Part shown: in pieces, positions 12,705-24,913 of the stretch | Layout: the number at the start of each line of letters is the position of its first letter | Position numbering within the stretch: the stretch's first letter is position 1 | Assembly: GCF_023055435.1 (NCBI RefSeq) | Contig: NW_025964024.1 | Location: forward strand, 2,108,001 to 2,172,000 | Direction of reading: 5' to 3' | Length of the DNA stretch: 64,000 nucleotides | Source of the DNA: Haliotis rufescens | Taxonomy: Eukaryota | Program-made: the position numbers and the translations under genes | Notes under the pieces: model-generated | What the model was told of the DNA's origin: nothing | Databases searched by the model: none | The model's input: only the letters and a program-made list of their open reading frames with translations

Positions 12705-13055
12705 ATTTAGTGGGGAGATGTCCCTGCATTAGCACAAAGGGTAGAACGTGATCTCGTTCGCCATTCAAATTGGTGATGGATTGTGTTATCCCATGAGTTG
12801 TGATGCCACCTTATACCATTACACTTCCACCACCAAACTGACGACGTCGAGTGTCCCAAAAACGTTCCCCTGGAGGCCTGGAAGACCCTTGCACGACCAT
12901 CAGAGCTATCGAGGTGAAACCTGGACTCTCCTGTGAAGAGTGTACTGTCCCAGTCTTGTCTACTGAACCTCAGGTGCTGTCTACAACAAGCTAGACGTGG
13001 CTGACATTCACATGGAAGCAACACTGGGCGTATCGCTGAGCGCTGGGGCCGGATG
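12705..13055 (-). pseudogene. Tc1/mariner transposase relic
   Basis: RLACCRQHLRFSRQDWDSTLFTGESRFHLDSSDGRARV (the W..VLFTDESRF motif), then a frameshifted FGGGSVMV-type segment. Confidence 0.85.
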
Positions 13056-13059
13056 TTGA

Positions 13060-13338
13060 GGCGAGTTGAAATGGGGTTTAACGTCGTGTCCAAGATTAGT
13101 GCACTTATATAGCGACGTGCCTGTACGTGTGTGTCTTTGTATGGCTGCTTGTACTAGTCCGGACTGATGCCGATTTATAGTGCTAGCTCACTGAGATACC
13201 ATGCCGCAGTTTAATATAAATACCCCACTCAGACACAGTATACTGACTCCGAGCCGAACAGTCCTTGTTTTAGCCCCTTAATGCCGAGCGCCAGACAGGG
13301 TAACAACAGGTATGACGCGGCCGGGGATCGAACCCCGG
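13060..13338 (-). mobile_element. SINE family D
   Basis: Reverse copy abutting the Tc1 relic. Confidence 0.85.
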
Positions 13339-13856
13339 AGGTGTTGAGGTGGTTGAGTACGGTTCTGTCACTCATTGGTCTGAACCAAGGAATTGTCCGA
13401 GCTGTTTAGGTTTTTTGTGTATTATCGATTCCGTAAACGCACCAACCGAATATGGTTGTCATGGACGACCGGCGTGTCATTAGTATTGTCTTGCTTTTGA
13501 TATCGTTTCCAAAGAGATAATATTGTGTTTCGATGAACATCAAAATATCTGGCAACTTCGTTTGGAGACATTCCTGTTTGCAGCATAGCCACGGCGCGTC
13601 GACATTGACTTTGAGCAAGCTGTAGTATTGCGTAAGCGTGTGGTTAAACAAAAGTGTTATAATGAGCACCTGACTGCAAAACGTGAGTGAGAATCGTGCT
13701 CCCACAAAACACGCAAACATCCAAACTATGCACCGTGCATGTGCAAATTGTGAATCACGACCTTAAAGTAGAGGAGATTTCTTCATGAATATATACTGAA
13801 TGATGCATTTTTTAATTTCAGAATAAAGTCTTTTTATTTATTTTCATATGAAGCAC

Positions 13857-13993
13857 GACCGTCTACGTAGTCTAGTGGACAGAACCAAAAGACGTTAAAG
13901 GATGGTACTTACTGTTACCCTGCCTGGCGGCATGGCAAGTTGAACTGCGGCGTGGTATCTCATAGGGCTAGCACTATAAAATTAGCATTAGCC
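13857..13993 (+). mobile_element. SINE family D fragment running into the gap
   Basis: Degenerate head and V-like segment. Confidence 0.65.
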
Positions 13994-14196
13994 NNNNNNN
14001 NNNNNNNNNNNNNNNNNNNNNNNNNNNNNNNNNNNNNNNNNNNNNNNNNNNNNNNNNNNNNNNNNNNNNNNNNNNNNNNNNNNNNNNNNNNNNNNNNNNN
14101 NNNNNNNNNNNNNNNNNNNNNNNNNNNNNNNNNNNNNNNNNNNNNNNNNNNNNNNNNNNNNNNNNNNNNNNNNNNNNNNNNNNNNNNNNNNNNNNN
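13994..14196. other. Assembly gap
   Basis: Run of N. Confidence 1.
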
Positions 14197-15329
14197 CCTC
14201 AACTATATGACGCACAGTTATTTTTTTCCGTTAGTATAGAAATTAAAATCAAAATGAAGCACAGAAAATGTTTAACTTCAGACCTTGCCTTGACTTGCCA
14301 AATCATTCTAGACTTGAGCTGGATTCATTTTGTAATATCATCTCTGGGGTCTGGGCGACACGCTACTTGCAATTATGTATGGATGTGGCTGTGTGTTAGC
14401 GGAGAAGGTATCGTGCGCTCGCTTGTCAGATGGAGTTCGAACCACCCATGGGTTCATGGGTTCAGTCGAACATACACTCAGATGTGTGAGTCTTGGGGTG
14501 TGTGTGTTCGGGGGAGTGGGGGGAAGGTGGGGGTGGGGGTTTCTGCCCTAAAGGCGCACTCTTGACATCTGCAATTTCCCACGTTTTCCGTGTCTCTGTG
14601 ACCGTGGTCGGTGTCACATCTAAAATGTCAACTCGGCGTAATTTAAATGTTATGTTTGCCCCTGATAAAAGGTCGGGGCAATCTAACAGAATCACTGACA
14701 TGTTTGAACGGTTCGAACAGCAATCACGGCGACCGTTTTTTTAGCCGTATGCCATAGCAAACCAGCCTCTCGCAGTCTCTCGTAGGATCTCGCAGTCTCC
14801 GCATATTGTGTACCTTCACCCAGTCTCGTGAGGTTTACCTTGAACCTAGCCTTTGTTTAGTAGCGTGTAAGACAGACCTGAAGTGTCACGGGTTGAAAGG
14901 CTGGGATGGAGTTAAGTGCATGACGTGATAATATACTGAACGCTATCTCCGCTAACCTTTAATGAGAAGCGTTTTGCAGCTCAAGTCCAATCCCAGCTGA
15001 GGGTGGGCAACAAATGGCAGCCGTGTGTACCAGCTACTGCTACTTGATATCCCTTTATTTCTTTATTTGACACACCTCCCCCCCAACTGGTGGGTCTGGA
15101 CTACGAGTACAATAGATAATCATTGAGTGTACAACCAGTAGAACCAATACAACCCATACAAAACACGCAATCACTTTGTTGTTTGATTTTACTTTGAATA
15201 AGAACTGCAGAGTAATGGTGCACTCGAGAAAACTCGAGAAAGGCTGCAATATAAGGCTATCGCATACTTTCATCAGTTCGTCGTTCAATATCAGTAAAAA
15301 TTTTAGTTTAAAATCCAAGTTTCATGCTT

Positions 15330-15600
15330 CGCAGTAGACACCTTACGTGTGCATGGCTCCTCCGGTTCACGTTTGTGTGTGCGCGTGTGCGCGTGCGTGC
15401 GTGCGTGCGTGCGTGCGTGTATGCGGCTACTTGTACTAGTCTGGACTAATGCCGATTTTATTCTGCTAGTCCACTCAGATACCGTGCTCCAATTCAACAT
15501 GGATACCCCAATCAGACACTGTAAACTGGCTCCAAGCCGACCAGTCCTTGTTTTAGCCCCTTAGTGCCGAGCTCCAGGCAGGATAACAATAAGTACCGTC
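15330..15600 (-). mobile_element. SINE family D with internal (GCAC)n expansion
   Basis: Reverse copy. Confidence 0.8.
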
Positions 15601-15922
15601 TTTGGACAACTTTTGGTTCCTGAGTTTCATGTCTGGTACCAGACACCTTGTGTGTGAATGGTTCCATGAGTATATTGACTTCCATATAAAAGAAACTGAC
15701 TCCCTTTTAGAAATGTCACGATGGTATCACATATAAGCGTCTTCAGTTAACCCCACTCTTTCGAAAGAAACAAAAACAGTACAGCTTTCGTGGAAGGTAC
15801 TTTACTTATTTCTTGCCGAATCGGTGACCATACAAAATAAGTTCACACTTATATTGTTCCAGACATTTCTTGTGTGTTTTTAATTTAACTTTGAAGGTAG
15901 ACTGCGGGTAGACTAAATATCA

Positions 15923-15923
<1 letters not shown>

Positions 15924-15973
<50 letters not shown>
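15924..15973 (+). repeat. (AC)n microsatellite
   Basis: Seen directly. Confidence 0.95.
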
Positions 15974-15977
<4 letters not shown>

Positions 15978-16361
15978 GGACATACGCACGCACGCACACA
16001 CATACACTGACCACCCTTATCTCAGCCTGACCCACCCTTTGTTATTGTGCACTAAGGTCCACCCCACTCTCCCTCTTCACCCTGACCTCTCACATAGCTG
16101 ACCCCATACAAACAGTCCCAACAACGAACTAACGTCGAGTATTTAGGTCACACTGACCCATTTATGTCAATGTCGATAACGCGTCTAACCAGTGCACGAG
16201 AACTCAAAATTATTGTGTTTATAATCAGTACATATGTCAGCTTCCCGCCTGCTTCACGTGGATCAATAACCACCTTTAACGACCACTAACTAGGTCTTTA
16301 ACATGGTTTGTAAGCTTTGGTATCTTTCTCCTAAATGCCATCAGTTAAAATGTTCCAGAGG

Positions 16362-16839
16362 CAAAGGAGTTAACAGACTGTAAATGTCCAGTTTCAACCC
16401 TTGTCGAACTAGGCTGGAATTTCTGGGCTCGATCGTAGAGCAACCAGGGGCTATTACGAGTTATGTCCCTTCCATGTCCACCCTTCTGACCAATCAGATT
16501 CCACCTCTCATATCACCTGCATTTGCTTCAAGCGAAAAAACGGCGCATAGTCAAGACGATCAGATCGATAATCAAGATCGCTATTGTAATAAGAAGGCCT
16601 TCCTTCGCGAAGTGCATCAAATCTCGTGAGTACCTTGATTAGAAACATTAAAGGATTTGGAAAGTATCTGTTGGCGCCGAGTTGGTGGTACACATGCTTT
16701 GCAAATCCTGCAATCGACCGAAATCTGGCAGTTGACGAACTGGATGTCGATTTCGTTACGAGATTTTGATTGGACTCGTTATTCCAGCCAAAACATAATT
16801 CCATAATTCCATGACTTTTATAGTCAGTTAACTCCCTTG
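16362..16839 (+). mobile_element. Non-autonomous DNA transposon, about 480 bp
   Basis: TIRs GGAGTTAAC.GACT.TAAA.GTC; homologous copy in the opposite orientation at 60252-60795. Confidence 0.8.
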
Positions 16840-16850
16840 TCCTTGTCATG

Positions 16851-16957
16851 GGCCCACTTGCACAAAGCGATCCTAGTGTTAAGATTATCGTAACTCCCAT
16901 ACTTTATTATAGGCTTACAATAGCCGTAGTGCTAAGATCGCTTTGTGCAAGTGGGCC
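16851..16957. mobile_element. 107-bp MITE, same family
   Basis: Same TIRs and length. Confidence 0.85.
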
Positions 16958-17040
16958 CAGGATTAAACGTCACTTTATGACCTTTACGTCATAAATGTGT
17001 AATAGGCCTCCCTAGGGACCAAGCACCAACCACATGCATG

Positions 17041-17304
17041 TGAGTGAGTGAGTGAGTTGGGTTTAACGCCGCTTTTAACAGTATTCCAGTTGTCAGCTTA
17101 ATGTGGGAGGAAAGCCCGAAGTGATGCAGGTCGCAAACGTTTACTTTTGGTGAAACCCACGAGCACGGGTATGGTGCTGACAAACCTAGAAACATAATCG
17201 GGGCGAACCGGGATTCGAACACACAACCATAGGTTTCTGGCGTGCCAAGGGACGCAACTCTGCACAGCGAATCGCGGCGCCTTAGACGACTGGGCCACCC
17301 GTGC
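17041..17304 (-). mobile_element. SINE family A
   Basis: Full copy; 20-bp duplication gcaccaaccacatgcatgtg at 17023 and 17303. Confidence 0.9.
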
Positions 17305-17615
17305 ACCAACCACATGCATGTGTCCCATATAGGTGTCTTATGTAAGGAAGTGCCACTTTGCCGGGCCCAAATCCGCTAGTCTTGGGTTCCAATCCCGGTA
17401 TGTGGTATGCAACATTATCGTCGAATATAATAAATAATAATTATTTCAGAACATAAGACCAGAAACAGTAGACCCTACGCAATCTGGTCGCTACCACTAG
17501 AAGACAGCATTCGGATGAACATATTTCTGGATTAACCGATTACTAAGTGATGATCCGCCGCGTATTTATACGGATACCTAAACAAAACTGGTGTTAAATC
17601 AGGTGTTAAGTCCAG

Positions 17616-17722
17616 GGCCCACTTGCACAAAGCGATGTTAGCACTATGATGACCTTAACTCCCATACTGTAACATAGGCTTACAATAGTTGTAGCGCTAA
17701 GATCGCTTTGTGCAAGTGGGCC
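17616..17722. mobile_element. 107-bp MITE, same family
   Basis: Same TIRs; TSD CAG. Confidence 0.85.
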
Positions 17723-18806
17723 CAGGTCGGTCGCAGAGGATTGGTGGACTGCTAGCTGTGATCGGCAAGTTTGACTCCTGAAAATTTGTAGGCTTCTAGC
17801 TTACGTGTGGTGTTTCTTTAGGTAAGTGACTTAGTTCGAAAAAAGCTATGTCATCCAGCAGTTAATGGGTACCCGGTAGGATGAGATGAAAATGAGATAA
17901 CTTTTTAGCGCCTTTTAAGGCAGGTTGCGTTGTATACTCCCAACGGAGCTGAAAACGAAATGCGACATGATAAAATCGCCGAGAGGCGTAATTTCCGGAT
18001 TAACGGGGTTCGGATTAAGAGGTTTCACTGTGTGCACATCAGTATAAAGGGTAGTATTAGTAGTGTATACGTATGTGTATTTGCGCACCTACGTAGAACA
18101 TAAAGTCCTTATATACACATCCTCCATATAATGTTCCACGCAGAATAAAGCATTAATCATTGACATCATCAAATCCTAAATGTTCCAGTCAGCGGAAAAT
18201 GTTACGGTTCAGCAGTGCATTGTCCTGAGGTAAGCCGCAATTACCTGTATTGAATGGCAATCAGCGTTCAGCGAGACGAATAGGTTACCTGGGCCCTTCA
18301 ATCGTGGTCATGTGATTACAGGTGTGACAAAAGTTCACAGGTAACACTTGGACATCAACGACCACGTCACGTACACAAAGCAGCGACAGTTGATCCTATT
18401 AGGGAATGACGTATAAGACGGGCTGTTTGATGGCCGCCGTGCGACACACCGTGTTAGTGAACGGGGGATACAACACGACGTAACGTTGACGTCACGTATG
18501 ATTAACGGTTTGGCGAGATTTAGGCGTGGCTGGCGGCCAGAGGTGTCGGCATGAGGATTACAGAGGGACTAAATGAGATGAGTTGCAATTATGAAGAGCT
18601 GGTGCTAATCTTTATTTGTCACATTGGTCGCCCTAAATAATGGACATAGCGTTACCGAATGGCAGAACCTACAGCTTATAATTAACGTTAAAAAAATACA
18701 TCTTATATGATTTTTTTAACTATTCTTTCAGGATACTCCCTGGACCCAAATATTTATTATTTATTATATTAATTGTTATTTAGGTCCGTGGGTAGTCTAA
18801 TTAGCA

Positions 18807-18972
18807 GGGGCGGTTGGGTAGCCTTGTGGTTACAGCGTTCGCTCGTCAGGCCGAAGACCCGGGTTCGATTCCCGACATGGGTACAATGTGTGAAGCCCAT
18901 TTCTGGTATCCCCCGCTGTGATATTGCTGGAATATTGCTAAAAGCGGCGTAAAACCATACTCACTTGCTCAC
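18807..18972 (+). mobile_element. SINE family B (tRNA-Asp-like head, about 165 bp)
   Basis: A box TAGCCTTGTGG, B box GGTTCGATTCC; TSD tctaattagcagg. Confidence 0.9.
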
Positions 18973-19774
18973 TCTAATTAGCAGGACATAGATTTGTCAA
19001 ACTGTTACTTGCGCAGAAGAGAACATGGTACCTTTTGAAGAGGAAACATTATTCAGACTACGAGCAATGAATCCAACGAAAATTAATCGAGTTACGTCGT
19101 GCCAACGGTGCAACGAGATTATCTAATGATTGTTATGACCATAAAGATATATCAACGATACATCGAATAAATGGGCTTCTCTGGGGACAGCTTATGAAGA
19201 CGCCCAGCTGTTACTTACTACATTGATGGAAATAGGTTAAACATGGGCTAAAGAGAACCACATGATGATACGTTTAATGCAATAACCTATGACCGGTCCT
19301 TGCCAGTCTCTCAACTTCCTCGTTCATTACGGCGGTACACATCAACGACAGTTTGCTCGATACTTACAGCATACGTAACATTTCGCCAGCGGCAATAACC
19401 GGAAGTTAACCAAAGGTGGAGGTCATTTAAGTTGTGTGAATGACCGGTGGTCAACTGGTCACAACCAGCTGATATTTGAAACTGGGCAGCCATATCTCAG
19501 AAGTTACGCAACCAAGTGACCAGCAAATTAAGTTGATAATAGAATTGTAAACACCCTTAGCTTGTGGTCTGTGTCTCTGTACAGGGTGGGCTGGTGTTGT
19601 CCCGCGGCCATTAAGTTGTGACAAAGACTGAGATAACAGCAGCTGTCAAGACGTCAAAGACCACATGTCAATGTTTGATTGCATTGTCACTTCAAGGCAG
19701 GATAACATCTGCTCAATACTCGGACCTGACTCCGTCATGTACCTGGTACACCAGAGACCACATACCGATGTTGT

Positions 19775-20510
19775 TTGTAACGCCGCAATATTCCAGCTAT
19801 ATGCAGCGGTCTGTAAATAATGGAGTCTGGTCCAGACAATCCGGTGACTGACATCATGAGCATCGATCCACACAATTGGTTGGTTGGTTTGTTGTTAAAC
19901 GCCGCACTCAGCAATATTCCAGCTATATGACGGTGGTCTGTAAATAAGCGAGTCTGGATCACAAAATCCAGTGATTAATATCATGAGCATCAATCCTCGC
20001 TTCTGGGATGCGATGACATGCATCAACAAAGTCACCGAACATGACCGTCCCCACCTGATGGACCTTAGTCCAGCCTCACATTCCACCCGTATCCACACGA
20101 CCTCTAGTTGGTCGGTTGGTTGGTTGGTTTGTTATTTAACGCCGCACTCAGCAATATTCCAGCTATATGACGGCGGTCTGTAAATAATCAAGTCTGGACC
20201 ACACAATCCAGTGATTAATATCATGAGCATCAATCCACGCAATTGGGATTTTTGATGACGTGCATCAACCAAGTCAGCGAGCCTGACCACCCGATCTCGT
20301 CAGTCGCCTTTTACGACAAGCATGGGTTGCTGAAGACCTATTCTACTCCGGAATCTTCACGGGTCTCCACACAATTGGGATCGATGACATGCATTAACCC
20401 AGTCCGCGAGCCTGACCAACCGATCCCGTTAGTCACCTCTTAAAACAAGCATAGTCGCCATTTACGGCAGGCATGGGTTGCTGAAGACCTATTCAACCTC
20501 GGATCTACAT
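19775..20510 (-). mobile_element. Cluster of four family C copies or fragments
   Basis: Repeated gccgcactcagcaatattccagctatatgacggcggtctgtaaat blocks; complete 5' end at about 20365. Confidence 0.85.
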
Positions 20511-20619
20511 ACCGATATACCGATATACCGATATGATCTCTGGGTACACCAGCGGGACGCTGTTTCATATCACAGCCCCGGATTCTTGTCACTGGAAGTG
20601 TTCCGTTGCTATACAAGTG

Positions 20620-20770
20620 CATAGGCGGATCCACATGGGGGGCAAGGGGATCCGGACAACCCCTCCCGCCTTTTGAAAACCAAATGTAGTATGTTGTGGG
20701 CAGTAAAATTGTCTGAGAGATTATCTGTAGTGTTGGACCACTCATTTTCAAAAATGCTGGATCCGCCCTT
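20620..20770. mobile_element. Short MITE with GGCGGATCCA termini
   Basis: ggcggatcca...tggatccgcc; relatives at 57129-57252 and 23288-23430. Confidence 0.6.
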
Positions 20771-20799
20771 GTAGTGGTCAGTCAAAGTAACAAGAGGTC

Positions 20800-21056
20800 G
20801 GCCCGTGAAGATTCTGGGGTAGAATAGGTCTTCAGCAACCCATGCTTGCCGTAGAGGTGACTATGCTTGTCGTACAAGGCGACTAACGGGATCGGGTGGT
20901 CAGGCTCGCTGACTTGGTTGATGCATGTCATCGATCCCAATTGCGTGGATCGATGCACATGATGTCAATCACTGGATTGTCTGGTCCAGACTCGATTATT
21001 TACAGACCGCCGTCATATAGCTGGAATATTGCTGAGTGCGGCGTTAAACAGAAAAC
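20800..21056 (+). mobile_element. Family C headless SINE-like element, full length
   Basis: Starts CCCGTGAAGAT..., no A/B boxes; 3' tail shared with families A and B. Confidence 0.88.
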
Positions 21057-22432
21057 AATGTAACACACACCTGTCCATTGGTCCATAACATTACACCAGG
21101 GAGTAGAGTCACGCGGTCTCTTACAACAGGAATACTCATAGACTAACATTTAGTCTCTGAAATCTTATACTACACAATATCCTTCTTGACTCTAAAAATA
21201 TTTAAAAAATCCCTATGCTGAGGAATAGAGCTAGCTTGAGCTGGCTAGACTTGCTTTAGTATGCATTTCTAGATTTATTTATTTTCATAAAATAAATATA
21301 TTCCACCGTCATGGTGCAGGACAACTTTAGTCTTAAAAGTTTTACGCCATCAAGAGCTGAAATAGTGCTCTTGCGGCATCTACAAATATCAGTTCCCTGT
21401 CCTGCACATACATTATGGTGTATACTACTTTTTACGAAATCCCTAGAATTATTCGCCATGTTTTAATGTCCGAACTTTCTTTGTCAGTAGAGAAACACAA
21501 AGTTACCACAAATTTCATCATTTTAAATAAGGTCAAAAGCCAGACTACCCGACCGCCCCTGATAAAATATGTTTCTTCGACTTTGCAAAAGTCAGACAGG
21601 TTTTCTGACGTTTAATCTCATTCAATTGTCTTTGCAAGAGAGATAAGACGGAAGGTATATATCTACGGCTATTGTTACTAACTTGACGCGGACACGTTGT
21701 TTATTTGTTGTTGTTGATATGATACTAATGTAATGATAATAATGAACAAACTAAACACATACGACATATAATTCCAGCTATAATTGATATTGCAATCTTG
21801 GTGACGCCGCCAGTGCGTGACGTGACTCGCCAGAACGCTGGATGTACCTATGTCCTGGTTGCACTCCATCCGCTTATATCTTCTTATGGCGTTGCAGCTA
21901 TACATTGGAAAGTTCGTTTTCCATTGTATTGTTATGTACAAGGTGTCCTACTTTGTGGACAAAGCGCTATTTAAATCCAGCCCAAGGCCATGCTGTTTGT
22001 TGGGTAGCCTTCCTTGACAGCCTTGCTTCCCACATCCCGTGACATCACAGATTAGCCTTACTCCAAGTCTGTACTTAATGACACGTCCATGGATGTACAG
22101 TAATTCTAGCCATATAATGGGCAAGTCTAGATAAGCGCCTGTTTTTGTTTTGTTTTTTGAAGGGACAACTTGTTCCTATTATTTGTAAATCTAGGAATTA
22201 TTATTTACACTGATAATCATTTCCTCAGAGATCTGTGCAAGTCTAATCCCGGATCGGTGACGCTACAGACTGAAGAAAAAGAATGTGAGCCAAGCGTAAA
22301 ATTACACATAGAGATGAGGTGACAAAATTACTCTATCAAACGTGTTTAAGTGGTTCTCTCTGTGTCACCTGTTTCCTGAATACCCTGTGCCTCACGCTCT
22401 TGTCTCAGGTATCTCTTACGAAAATGTGTTAA

Positions 22433-23280
22433 AGGGCTCAGTGTGTCACTTGTCTCCAAGAGCTCAGTGTATCACGTGTCTTAAGAGACAGTGTGGCACG
22501 TGTCTTAAGAGACAGAGTGTCGCGTGTCTTAAGAGGTCAGTGTGGCACGTGTCTTAAGAGCTCAGTGTGTCACGTGTCTTAAAAGCTCAGTGTATTACGT
22601 GTCTTAAGAGCTCAGTGTGCCACGTGTCTTAAGAGCTCACTGTGTCACGTGTCTTAAGAGCTCAGTGTATTACGTGTCTTAAGAGCTCAGTGTATTACGT
22701 GTCTGAAGAGCTCAATGTGTAACGTGTCTTAAGTGTTCAGTGTATTACGGGTCATAAGAGCTCAGTGTATTACGTGTCTTAAGAACTCAGTGTATTACGT
22801 GTCTTGAGAGCTCAGTGTATTACGTGTCTGAAGAGCTCAATGTGTAACGTGTCTTAAGTGCTCAGTGTATTACGTGTCTTAAGAGCTCAATGTGTAACGT
22901 GTCTTAAGAGCTCAGTGTATTACGTGTCTTAAGAGCTTAGTGTATCACGTGTCTTAAGAGCTCAGTGTATTACGTGTCTTAAGAGCTCACTGTGTCACGT
23001 ATCTTAAGAGCTCAGTGTGTCACGTGTCTTAACAGCTCAGTGTATTACGTGTCTTAAGAGCTCACTGTGTCACGTATCTTAAGAGCTCAATGTGTAACGT
23101 GTCTTAAGAGCTCAGTGTATTACGTGTCTTAAGAGCTCAATGTGTAACGTGTCTTAAGTGCTCAGTGTATTACGTGTCTGAAGAGCTCAATGTGTAACGT
23201 GTCTTAAGAGCTCAGGCTGGAACGTGTCTTAAGAGCTCAGCGTATCGCGTGTCTTAAGAGCTCAGGCTGGAACGTGTCTG
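22433..23280 (+). repeat. 25-bp minisatellite (about 33 units)
   Basis: Unit ctcagtgtattacgtgtcttaagag. Confidence 0.96.
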
Positions 23281-23763
23281 AAACAAGAGCAGACCCAGCA
23301 TTTTGAAAAGGGAGGGGTCCAAAATATCAAAATTCCCTCTCAGATAATTTTACTGCCAACAACATACTACATTTGGTTTTCACAAAGGGGGAGGGTCCGA
23401 ACATCCTGGACATCCCCCCAACCCCCGTCTTGATGACCTCGGTGTGTCACGTGCTCAGTATGTCCAGCTTCCCAGAGAGTTCCAATGCCAGCTGTCTTAC
23501 AGAGCACACTGTGCAACTTGTCTGAAGGATCTTCATCCGTCACGGGTCTAAATGATCTTCCATGTGTCTCAATGATATTTCGAATGAGAAGTTTGACTGA
23601 GCAAAACACCTGCTTATCCTCCAAAGGGTCTGCATGCGCATGCGTTTTCAGATAATATGATGCCAACTTTTTGCCAGCACAGTAAACATATGAAAAACAA
23701 AACCTAACGTATAGCCTCGTATATACTGCCAATACGTTAAACCACGCACCTATGCATCAATAC

Positions 23764-24038
23764 GGGGGCACGGGTGGCCCAGTCGTCTCAGGCGCCGCAA
23801 TTCGCTGTGCAGAGTTGCGTCCCTTGGGCACGCCAGAAACCTATGATTGTGGGTTCGAATTCCGGTTCGCCCCGATTATGTTTCTAGGTTTGTCAGCACC
23901 ATACCCGTGCTCGTGGGTTTCACCGAAGTGGTAAACGTCTAAAACCTGCATCACTTCGGGCTTTCCTCCCACATTAAGCTGACACGCCGTGATATAACTG
24001 GAATAATGTTCAAAGCGGCGTTAAACCCAACTCACTCG
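23764..24038 (+). mobile_element. SINE family A
   Basis: Full copy; TSD ctatgcatc. Confidence 0.9.
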
Positions 24039-24419
24039 CTATGCATCCATTCAAGTGGAATCTAATCACTTTACCTGTGTACGACTGGTAAATATTTTTT
24101 TCTATACAAACAGGCATACATTACATTGGCTTCAAAACAAATATGCACACATTATGATTACCCAGAGTACAGTGTATTTATTTCCGGTCCGGTGGCAGAG
24201 AACGTGGATCGGCCTGTATGGGCGTGTGTCGGTGGTCAGATACGGTTATTTGTGTAGCTACCTTCATGATAACAACCTTCTACACCTGTAACGCGGTGGG
24301 TCTGAGATAACCGCATTCCACACACCTGTCACCAACATAGATAACTTCCAGTATGAAACTCCACTACACAACGTTGACAAATATGCACATACGTTGCTCG
24401 ATCAGCGAAACTACAAACG

Positions 24420-24574
24420 TGAGTGAGCTGGTATGGTTTTACACCGCTTTTAGCAATATTACAACAATATCACGGGGACACTGAAAACGGGGTTCACAAA
24501 CTGTACTCATGTTTGGAATCGAACTGGGTCTTCGGCCTGACGAGCGAAAGCTTTAACTACTAGGCTACCCCACC
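24420..24574 (-). mobile_element. SINE family B (diverged)
   Basis: Reverse copy. Confidence 0.8.
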
Positions 24575-24642
24575 ATAACTACAAAAGAGAACAGAACGTT
24601 GATACTACGTAAGCCCAAGCACCTGTCGACAACAATCGGCAT

Positions 24643-24913
24643 TGGTTTGTTTGTTTGTTTGTTTGTTGTTTAACGCCGCATTCAGCAATATTCCAGCTGT
24701 ATGACGGCGGTCTGTAAATAATCGAGTCTGGACCACACAATCCAGTGATTAATATCATGAGCATCGATCCACGCAATTGGGATCGATGACATGCATCAAC
24801 CAAGTCAGCTAGCCTGACTACCCGATCCCGTTAGTCGCCTCTTACGACAAGCAAAGTCGCCTTTTACGGCAAGCTTGGGTTGTTGAAGACCTATTCTACC
24901 CCGGATCTTCACG
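24643..24913 (-). mobile_element. Family C element, full length
   Basis: Reverse copy with (AAAC)n tail. Confidence 0.88.

Noticed and set aside
13940-14239. ORFs containing X runs (also 25741-26154)
   Set aside because: They span assembly gaps.
20800-20900. Assignment of the family C 5' domain to HDV-like, twister or hammerhead classes
   Set aside because: By eye, the required helix order and core motifs could not be matched; left as an unclassified candidate.
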